Part shown: positions 24,889 through 32,000 of the stretch, piece after piece
How the letters are laid out: the number at the start of each line of letters is the position of its first letter
Numbering within the stretch: position 1 is the first letter of the stretch
Assembly: GCA_008080745.1 (NCBI GenBank)
Contig: SHMX01000008.1
Span: forward strand, 30,001 to 62,000
Source of the DNA: Candidatus Thorarchaeota archaeon
GTDB taxonomy: Archaea; Asgardarchaeota; Thorarchaeia; Thorarchaeales; Thorarchaeaceae
DNA length: 32,000 nt
Direction of reading: 5' to 3'
Notes under the pieces: model-generated
Databases searched by the model: none
Seen by the model: the letters and a program-made list of their open reading frames with translations, nothing else
Told to the model about the DNA's origin: nothing
Translations under genes and position numbers: made by a program

Positions 24889-27800
24889 TTATCTTCTTCG
24901 CCTAATCAAGATAACCACTGTAATGAGGAAAAGAATGCCACCAATTGTTATCAATAATAATTGATATTCTGTTAGATTCCAGGGTAACCATCCCGGAGCT
25001 GTGGTTGTGGTGGTTGAACCTCCTTCAGGGACTACACGCACAATCACTGTATCCGAGGTGAATCTACCGGCTTGGTCGTATACGATTATGGTAAAATTAT
25101 ACACCCCATAGCCAAGTCCTGTAAGATCATACTCGATATCGCCACTAGTCCAAACCGAATAGTGGACTTGTGTACCATTTTGAAGAATAATGTAGTGACT
25201 ACCACTAACATCTGAAGGGTTCCAGATTATGATTTCGGAGACTGCTCCATAGATGATAGTCATATCTGGAGGATGATTGATAACTGGAGGGGCGCCTTCT
25301 ACTATTTCAATAGTGACCGAATCGGATTTCTGGTTACCTGCTCCGTCACTAACTACAAGCTCGAAGACATATACTCCAACCTCAAGTTGACCTAAATCAA
25401 ATCCTAGATTTTCATGAATTATTAATCCAGCTTCTATCTCTGAGTTGTTCCTTTCCAGAGAATATTGATATGAGAAGTCATCATTAATTGTCCAAATTAA
25501 TGTTGTATTGCCTATACCTTCTTCTTGGAGCACATTCATGGGGCTAGTAATTAGAGGAGCTAATTCATCCACAAGTATTTCTGGATTATTATCAAAAACA
25601 TCATTGGATTGATCCAACTCGTAGACACTTTCGCCATCATAATTACTCCAATAGTTTCCATCCCAGTTAATCGAAGTGAAAGTGTCAATCGCATTTCCTT
25701 GAGCGTTCCAACCTATTGAGTTATTATTCACAATAGAAGTGCCCGATATGATAATCATCTCAATCCCGATGCGATTGGAATAGATTCTATTATTGGTTAT
25801 TGTACAGTTCTTAGTTCCGTAAACCATGACTCCCTCGTCATTTCCAAAGAATCGTGAGTTTGTGATAGTTATATCACTTGATTGTTCAACAAAGAAACCT
25901 CGTTGATTTCCAGCAAAGACTGAATCCCTCATTGTACAATTATTGCAGAAAGCAAATTCATTAGACCCAGAATAAACACCTGTAAGGTTATAGACTTCAA
26001 TATTAGAGGAATTTACAAGTATCAATTCTCCCAGGTATGATCCATCAATTTGGACATTTGAAATGTTACAGTAATATCCCAAAGTTTTACCATTTACACT
26101 ATTATTTTCGATATTGTGAATATAATCCTCAATTAAGAGGCCTGTAATTGTAAGACCTGAGTTTATGAATTCATTCTCTATAACAGAACAATTCTCAGAT
26201 GAGAACAAAATAAGAGGGGAATTATCGAAGTAACAATGAGTGAGATTAAATCTGGATATGTCATCAAACATCGTATTTCTGCACTGATACACACTGCTTT
26301 CAGATACCGTGCAGTTTGTGGATTTTGAAAACAACCATCCAAGACTACAGTTATCAATAACAGTATCTGTGAGGAGAATGTCGTTTGAGAATCCAATTTG
26401 GATAGGGGTGAAGCAGTTATAGTGACTCCCCCCTGAAACCGTAGTTTCATTACAGTTACCTAGAATAATCTGGCTGAATTGACTACTGTCAATTGATAAA
26501 TTGGTTTCATTTAGGAAGAGTCCAATTAATTTTCCATTCAAATAACAGTCTTCAATGACCACAAACCAGTCTTCCAGATTTCTTCCTGCAAAGAATATAC
26601 CGTCGTTCGTAAAGGAATTATTTCTTATTTCTACCTCATTTCGCGTTAATACTTTGAGTCCTGATTCTCGTTGATTATGAAATTCATTGTCTTCTATGGT
26701 AAGATTTGACAGTTCCGATATTTCGAGTCCAATCTTGTTGCTGGAAAACACATTGGATGTGATGTTAGTGAAACCAGATTCCGAAATCTCAACACCATCT
26801 TCTTCGTTATTCTGGAATGTGTTGCAGCTTATCGATGAATAGCTAACATTAAAGAAATCAAATCCTTCTTTCTCGTTATCTTTTATTGTGTTTTCAAGAA
26901 AAGTAGAATTAGATACCCGTACAGCATAAACACCTGTATTTTCAAGGCTATCAATTGTATTTCCAATAAATGTCACATTTAACGCATCTGCAATCTGTAG
27001 ACAATTTAAAGAACCGTTGAAGGTGCAATTGGAAACCGTGATGTTTATGGAATCCTGAACCATAAGAGGGTCAAATCTTGGCTCAAAATCGCATCTTTCA
27101 ATAACAGAGTTATTACAGAAAGCAAGCTGTGGTCCGATTGGGCTAGCTGAAACAAAGTTCGATAAAGTCACATTGCTGCAATTTGCAAATATCAGCTGGC
27201 CGTAGTTATCTGTGTTAACCGAGATGTCACTAGCATTCCAGAAATATCCAATGTCTTTTCCATCTACTTTTACGTCTGTGATATTGATCTCCCAGGCTTT
27301 TGCTACCGCTCCCTCCAAATGCAGTCCGGTCTGATTGAATCTGAGATTTTCAAGTGAAATGTCTTCTGATGTCCCTATTGTCAACCCTGGTGATTCTTTT
27401 GAGCTGAAAGAATTATTCAGCAATGAACAGCCATTTGATTCGTATAAAGCTATTCCGGGATAGAATGAATTATTTTGCAGTCCACAATAATTTGAATGTT
27501 CTATCAGACTCTCTCCATCATCCATGAATGTATTATTCTCAAGAGTAGAGCTCCATGAGTATGACATGGATATTCCCCATAAGTTACTGAGAAAGGTATT
27601 ATTGGCAATGACAGTAGTTGACCAATATATGTCAAGTGAACTCCAGAAATCCCTGAATGTGTTATTGACTATCTTGCCACCATCCGCCTGGTCAAGTACC
27701 ACACCAAAGCCACTGTCTGATACGTTCGATTGAAAGTAGCAATCACGGATGATAAAAGAAACTGCTGTATTTTCAATATTTATGCAATAGTTGTCATTAG

Positions 27801-28059
27801 TTATGTTATAACCACTTATAACATACGGATTTGAAACTGACCCATTACCAATCCAACCTTCGGCAGAAGCGGTATCATTAAAATTATTATCAGAAGTTAT
27901 GTGGATTGGATCATGCTCTATGTAGCTCAGTATTCTACTGGAATCCATAGAGTCTGCTATTTGAGATTCTCCTGATATCTCGTTAATAATCGATGGTTGA
28001 ACTAGAAACGAAATAATAAGAAGTAAACTCACTAGAGTGACGATTTCTCTCCGAGGCAT
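24889..28059 (-). CDS. Cell-surface protein with right-handed beta-helix (NosD/CASH-like) repeats, Ig-like domains and a C-terminal TM anchor
   Basis: Signal peptide, HDPIHITSDNNF...WIGNGSVSNPYVI start motif, many IxNNxF repeats, many N-x-S/T sequons, Thr linker, TM plus RRRR. Confidence 0.88.
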   Translation of the reverse strand: MPRREIVTLVSLLLIISFLVQPSIINEISGESQIADSMDSSRILSYIEHDPIHITSDNNFNDTASAEGWIGNGSVSNPYVISGYNITNDNYCINIENTAVSFIIRDCYFQSNVSDSGFGVVLDQADGGKIVNNTFRDFWSSLDIYWSTTVIANNTFLSNLWGISMSYSWSSTLENNTFMDDGESLIEHSNYCGLQNNSFYPGIALYESNGCSLLNNSFSSKESPGLTIGTSEDISLENLRFNQTGLHLEGAVAKAWEINITDVKVDGKDIGYFWNASDISVNTDNYGQLIFANCSNVTLSNFVSASPIGPQLAFCNNSVIERCDFEPRFDPLMVQDSINITVSNCTFNGSLNCLQIADALNVTFIGNTIDSLENTGVYAVRVSNSTFLENTIKDNEKEGFDFFNVSYSSISCNTFQNNEEDGVEISESGFTNITSNVFSSNKIGLEISELSNLTIEDNEFHNQRESGLKVLTRNEVEIRNNSFTNDGIFFAGRNLEDWFVVIEDCYLNGKLIGLFLNETNLSIDSSQFSQIILGNCNETTVSGGSHYNCFTPIQIGFSNDILLTDTVIDNCSLGWLFSKSTNCTVSESSVYQCRNTMFDDISRFNLTHCYFDNSPLILFSSENCSVIENEFINSGLTITGLLIEDYIHNIENNSVNGKTLGYYCNISNVQIDGSYLGELILVNSSNIEVYNLTGVYSGSNEFAFCNNCTMRDSVFAGNQRGFFVEQSSDITITNSRFFGNDEGVMVYGTKNCTITNNRIYSNRIGIEMIIISGTSIVNNNSIGWNAQGNAIDTFTSINWDGNYWSNYDGESVYELDQSNDVFDNNPEILVDELAPLITSPMNVLQEEGIGNTTLIWTINDDFSYQYSLERNNSEIEAGLIIHENLGFDLGQLEVGVYVFELVVSDGAGNQKSDSVTIEIVEGAPPVINHPPDMTIIYGAVSEIIIWNPSDVSGSHYIILQNGTQVHYSVWTSGDIEYDLTGLGYGVYNFTIIVYDQAGRFTSDTVIVRVVPEGGSTTTTTAPGWLPWNLTEYQLLLITIGGILFLITVVILIRRRR

Positions 28060-28155
28060 CTAAAACCACAAAGCAATGAAGCTCTGAACTCTCTTATATT
28101 TTTTCAAAATTCATTGAATATATTTGAGTATCAGCTGAATCCCTTGTTGTTTTTT

Positions 28156-29034
28156 TTAGAACTGCGATAGGGCACCCCGTTGTCGAACTAAACGTTCTGT
28201 GGCTCTGAATAACAGAGTACCGACAATAACGAAGATAACATCCAGAATGATTAGAGCTATAACCGCAGTGATGACTCCCTCGTAAGCAAGCCCATACATA
28301 AGGAAACCTCTGAACCCCTCAACGGTCCATGTAAGCGGAGAAGCAACAGAAACATACTGAAGAATTGGTGGAAGTACTGCAATAGGATACGTCATGGGTG
28401 CAACCAACATTAGAATGCTGGAGAGGAATTCTACAATCATCCAACCTTGCTTTGCTGTTAATACTATGCACACGACTGCAAAGATTACTCCTTGCATTGC
28501 AATGATCGAGAGGCCTATTATTGCAAGTGCAGGCAGAATTCCCCAGACATTTAGACTCACTCCAAAGATTAATACTGATGCCCCTAGCTGAAGAATGACT
28601 CCAAGCCCACCATGTTGAAGATTATGGAGTGTCGAACCCCAGACAAGGGTCTCACGATTCATAGGTGTGGTCATAAGGGTCTCAAGGGTTCCTACATTTT
28701 GTTCTCGCCGTAGAGCAAAACCAGACCCCCAGAGAAGACTGAGAGCCAGACCTGTGAAAGCAGTACCAATTGCAATGTACGATAGCCAGTCGGAGATGCC
28801 TGTTAGATCTTGTAAATGAATAGATTCACTAGAACCCGTTAGGGCAGTACCAGCAATCAGGTAGGGAATAAACCAGATGAAGGGCATAATGATGAACCAG
28901 AGTACGCTGAGAGGATAACTCAACTCTACTTTCCACTGCTTAATTGCTATGGCACTAGCAGCCCGTAACTCGGCCCTGAATCCTTTCCGACTCCACATTT
29001 TCTGGAAAATTTCTGATTGCCCTTCCTCGGTCAT
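28156..29034 (-). CDS. ABC-2 type transporter permease
   Basis: REQNVGTLETLMTTP and TYPIAVLPPILQYVSVASPLTW motifs, six TM segments. Confidence 0.9.
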   Translation of the reverse strand: MTEEGQSEIFQKMWSRKGFRAELRAASAIAIKQWKVELSYPLSVLWFIIMPFIWFIPYLIAGTALTGSSESIHLQDLTGISDWLSYIAIGTAFTGLALSLLWGSGFALRREQNVGTLETLMTTPMNRETLVWGSTLHNLQHGGLGVILQLGASVLIFGVSLNVWGILPALAIIGLSIIAMQGVIFAVVCIVLTAKQGWMIVEFLSSILMLVAPMTYPIAVLPPILQYVSVASPLTWTVEGFRGFLMYGLAYEGVITAVIALIILDVIFVIVGTLLFRATERLVRQRGALSQF

Positions 29035-29035
29035 T

Positions 29036-29938
29036 TTAGAACCCTCCCATATGTCCTCTTTCCTTTGTCCATTTTTCTGCCCATTTGAACGAGAGCATCC
29101 CGAGACCCCAAAAAATCAACGCGAGAAATCCCAGAGCTCCAATTGATTGAACAAATGCAGGAAGACTCATAGTTCCATTGATCGCAATCTCTCTCACTGT
29201 AATGATTCCTATTGTCGTAGGAATAACATACGCAATAGCCTGAACTGACTTGGGTAATGCCTGAACTGGATATTGAATTGGTGACAACATGTATGTTGAC
29301 TCTGCTATAAGCTGTGTTAGGACACTTGGGTCTTTGAATACAAGAATCAAACCTGCCACCATGAAACCAAATCCATAGAGTGCAAAGACCATAATGAGCA
29401 ATATCAAAACAGTTGGGAATATTGCCGTAATTGCATATTCTACACCGAACAGAAACATAGCAAATATCAACATGATGATCGCCTGCAATGTGCCCTGAAT
29501 CGAATCAGAGAATGCAGCACCTAATAGGATACTAATTCTTGGAACAGGAGCTGTGAAGAGTGGTTCAAGTGTGCCACTAAATTGCTCCCAGCGGAAATTG
29601 TTTCCTATCCCCCATATCGAGTTGTCCAAGTACATGAATACAAACCAGCCAATGACTGAGAATTGCACAAAGTCATCAAAACCTGATATATTGGTGAAGT
29701 GAGTACTGGTGCTAGGTCCAGCGATAGCAGTTGCCATCAGAATGAATGGAGCAAACCAGAGAATGGGTAAAACACCCCAGACTAGAAAGTTAGCTGGATA
29801 CCGAATTGCTATTTTGAGATTCTTTGTGGCAAATACCCTTGCCGCAGACCAGTCCATTATTCGTGGTTTGAAATCAGTGAGATATGCCATATCAGATTCC
29901 ACTGATTTGGTGGATGGCTCCTGTATGGTTTCGGTCAA
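29036..29938 (-). CDS. ABC-2 type transporter permease
   Basis: WEQFSGTLEPLFTAP and YPVQALP...PTT motifs. TTG start overlaps the ATPase stop by 4 nt. Confidence 0.9.
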   Translation of the reverse strand: MTETIQEPSTKSVESDMAYLTDFKPRIMDWSAARVFATKNLKIAIRYPANFLVWGVLPILWFAPFILMATAIAGPSTSTHFTNISGFDDFVQFSVIGWFVFMYLDNSIWGIGNNFRWEQFSGTLEPLFTAPVPRISILLGAAFSDSIQGTLQAIIMLIFAMFLFGVEYAITAIFPTVLILLIMVFALYGFGFMVAGLILVFKDPSVLTQLIAESTYMLSPIQYPVQALPKSVQAIAYVIPTTIGIITVREIAINGTMSLPAFVQSIGALGFLALIFWGLGMLSFKWAEKWTKERGHMGGF

Positions 29939-30927
29939 TCAGCAATCCTCCTTCCAGTAAGTTGCAAGAACACATCATCCAAAGTCGGCTCCTTGACTTC
30001 AAAGTGCTCCACTTTAAGACCTGACTTGTCACGGAGAAAAGAAAGCAATCTGTATGCGAGATCATATCCATCCTTCGCAGTCACAACAATCTCTGAATGT
30101 CCGTTCTTTGAGGTCATACTTGCAGACATGACATCCTCAATCTGTTTTATTTGCTCAATATCTGGTAAGCCTACAATCTTCATATGTAGACTGTCGTAAT
30201 CACGTACTCCTTCTTTCAATTCATGAGGTGTACCAAAACTTTTGATTTCTCCCTTGTTTATGAGTGCAATCTTATCACATAGCATATCTGCTTCATGCAT
30301 ATAGTGTGTAGTAAGCAAGATTGTCTTGTTCTTCAATTCTTGTTTCACATACTCTCTCAAGTCCGTCGCAAAAGTAGGGTCTAGCCCTTGTGTGGGCTCA
30401 TCTAAAAGTAACACTGGTGGGTCATGAATCAACGACCGTGCAAAAACAATTTTCATTCGCATACCATGTGATAAATTCTCAGCCTTCTCATCAGCCTTAT
30501 CCGTGAGACCCATTCTGCCCAGCAGTTCGTCAGCCCTTTCCTTTGCTTCATTATGTGGCATACGATATAATTTTGCAAAGAAAATCAAATTCTCTCGAGC
30601 TGACAATTTCCAGTATATGGATCTCTCATTACCCTGACATACTCCCATCGCTGCTCTCGCATAGGCAGATTGTTGAAGCACATCATAGCCCATTACCCTT
30701 GCAGTACCAGCTGTAGGTAGAACAAGAGTTGCAATCGTCTTGATGAGGGTGGTCTTTCCTGCTCCATTGGGACCAAGAAGTCCATATACCTGTCCTTTTG
30801 GAATATCTAATGAAACGTTCTTCAGTGCTTCTACCTTCTTCTTTTCAACCGGAAATACAATAGCCCTTCTCTTCACTGAGATGTACGTCTTTGTTAGGTT
30901 TTCAATCTCAACAGTATAATCTGTCAA
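29935..30927 (-). CDS. ABC transporter ATP-binding protein (DrrA/NodI-like)
   Basis: Walker A GPNGAGKT, signature LSHGM, Walker B LLLDEP, H-loop TTH. TTG at 30927 has GGAGG upstream. Confidence 0.93.
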   Translation of the reverse strand: MTDYTVEIENLTKTYISVKRRAIVFPVEKKKVEALKNVSLDIPKGQVYGLLGPNGAGKTTLIKTIATLVLPTAGTARVMGYDVLQQSAYARAAMGVCQGNERSIYWKLSARENLIFFAKLYRMPHNEAKERADELLGRMGLTDKADEKAENLSHGMRMKIVFARSLIHDPPVLLLDEPTQGLDPTFATDLREYVKQELKNKTILLTTHYMHEADMLCDKIALINKGEIKSFGTPHELKEGVRDYDSLHMKIVGLPDIEQIKQIEDVMSASMTSKNGHSEIVVTAKDGYDLAYRLLSFLRDKSGLKVEHFEVKEPTLDDVFLQLTGRRIAD

Positions 30928-31211
30928 TGTTATCCTCCCCAAAATAGAGGGAATTTATGTTCAACAACGCATGAAACCCATTGTACTATGAATATCTTTG
31001 ACTCAGGGTCTCCGAGTGGAAAAGGTTCGGTCTATTGTCTGATGAACATAAAAGCACCAAAATGAGGCTGTCCTTTTCTAGTTATTAATTTTATCAGGTA
31101 TGCAAACATTGGCGTGAATTGTTGTATTAGAATCTAGCAGAGTTCACCAACTAGTGATACAGAAATTGCTCTTCCGATAACATATTTAATTCAGCTCTCA
31201 ACCGACCTGTT

Positions 31212-32000
31212 ATGCAGATTCATCCTGATGTCCTATTTGGAGCTGTTATGGGACTAATTAGTGCCGCGCTCTATGCTGGGTCAGTAGTTGTATATAGATC
31301 CCAAGCAGAAGAGATGTCGGCGATTCAGGTATCTGCAACAAAGATGTGGACCGCTCTCCCTCTCATGGCATTTTTGGTAATAATCGGATTAGCACCCGAC
31401 CTTCCAACTCTTACACAACCTATCATGCTAATCCTGGCCCTTTCTATCGTTCTTGGGGCGGTAATAGGAGATACTGTATATCTAGTAAGTCAGGAACGAA
31501 TAGGTGTTTCCTATGCATTTCCAATAGCTATGTCATTTCCTATTACTACTTATTTTCTAACCGTCATCTTCTTGGGCGAACCGCTTTTGTTCTCTAGACT
31601 GTTGGGCGTAGTGATTACCGTATTGGGCGTAATCGTCATTTCACGTGAACAAGAATTCTCTGAGGATGAAACCAAGCCCCGATTGGATTTATTTGGCATT
31701 CTTCTAGCAGTCATTACTTCTCTTCTCTATGCAGTTGGTACCACGATTTTACAAGTTGGTGTAGCTGATGTAGATCCTATATCTGCTAACTTCGTGCGGG
31801 TACTTGCTGGTTCTATCGCGTTCGTTCCTCTGGTGGGTTATGGACTCCATAATGACTCAAAACGTCCTAGCAAAAGAAACGTCAAAATCGTGATTATCGC
31901 TGCTTTCTTTGGAATGGCAATTGGTTCAATTTTATTTGTTACCGCAGTAAAATTTGCGGGAGCAGCTGTCATGGCTGTCATGAGTTCTACCGCTCCTTTA
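31212..32000 (+). CDS. DMT/EamA family transporter (3'-truncated, absent from the ORF track)
   Basis: Hand translation MQIHPDVLFGAVMGLISAALYAG...ERIGVSYAFPIAMSFPITTYFLTVIFLGEP... shows EamA-type repeats. The frame stays open to the window end. Confidence 0.88.
   Translation, partial: MQIHPDVLFGAVMGLISAALYAGSVVVYRSQAEEMSAIQVSATKMWTALPLMAFLVIIGLAPDLPTLTQPIMLILALSIVLGAVIGDTVYLVSQERIGVSYAFPIAMSFPITTYFLTVIFLGEPLLFSRLLGVVITVLGVIVISREQEFSEDETKPRLDLFGILLAVITSLLYAVGTTILQVGVADVDPISANFVRVLAGSIAFVPLVGYGLHNDSKRPSKRNVKIVIIAAFFGMAIGSILFVTAVKFAGAAVMAVMSSTAPL

Noticed and set aside
30954-31052. 10-bp inverted repeat TTTATGTTCA / TGAACATAAA in the divergent intergenic region (MITE or riboswitch?)
   Set aside because: AT-rich arms 79 nt apart with no clear target-site duplication or internal structure, so plausibly chance.
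334-31597. Numerous 60-200 aa antisense or alternate-frame ORFs in the track (for example 6179-6547, 14327-14773, 14576-14977, 19318-19629, 31346-31597)
   Set aside because: They lie within well-supported genes and show no motifs. Such shadows are typical of hydrophobic membrane-protein genes.
1-32000. CRISPR array, tRNA/rRNA, transposase or integrase, selenoprotein
   Set aside because: No regularly spaced repeats, cloverleaf-compatible intergenic segments, mobile-element motifs or TGA-interrupted redox ORFs were seen by manual reading.

Overview
Gene-dense, AT-rich archaeal window, most consistent with an Asgard archaeon. That assignment is an inference from two tandem Rab-like GTPases, archaeal TATA and GGAGGTGA-type signals, PAS-HATPase kinases and surface proteins ending in TM plus RRR. 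It encodes a 5'-truncated FtsX-type permease, rubredoxin, two large surface proteins, a ~10-TM orphan, a thioredoxin-like protein, two nucleotidyltransferase-fold proteins, a TldD/PmbA pair, an M48 peptidase, two MFS transporters, three tandem soluble histidine kinases, an FdhD-like protein, an ABC-2 exporter and a 3'-truncated DMT transporter. I found no rRNA, tRNA, CRISPR array or mobile element. The main hidden feature is at 1729-2032 (-), where the ORF track shows one 134-aa ORF that is probably spurious. Read by hand, the region holds three consecutive micro-ORFs (34, 27 and 34 aa) in three different frames. They are joined by identical SD-stop-TCTCA-ATG junctions, preceded by a TATA box and two perfect palindromes, and followed by a T-rich tract and a hairpin. 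The first two peptides are basic and share an STKA-x-x-[YH]-A-Y motif. Also notable: an EF-hand-like loop inserted in the M48 peptidase, an FdhD homolog lacking the catalytic Cys motif, and a Rab-like paralog lacking the switch-II Gln.
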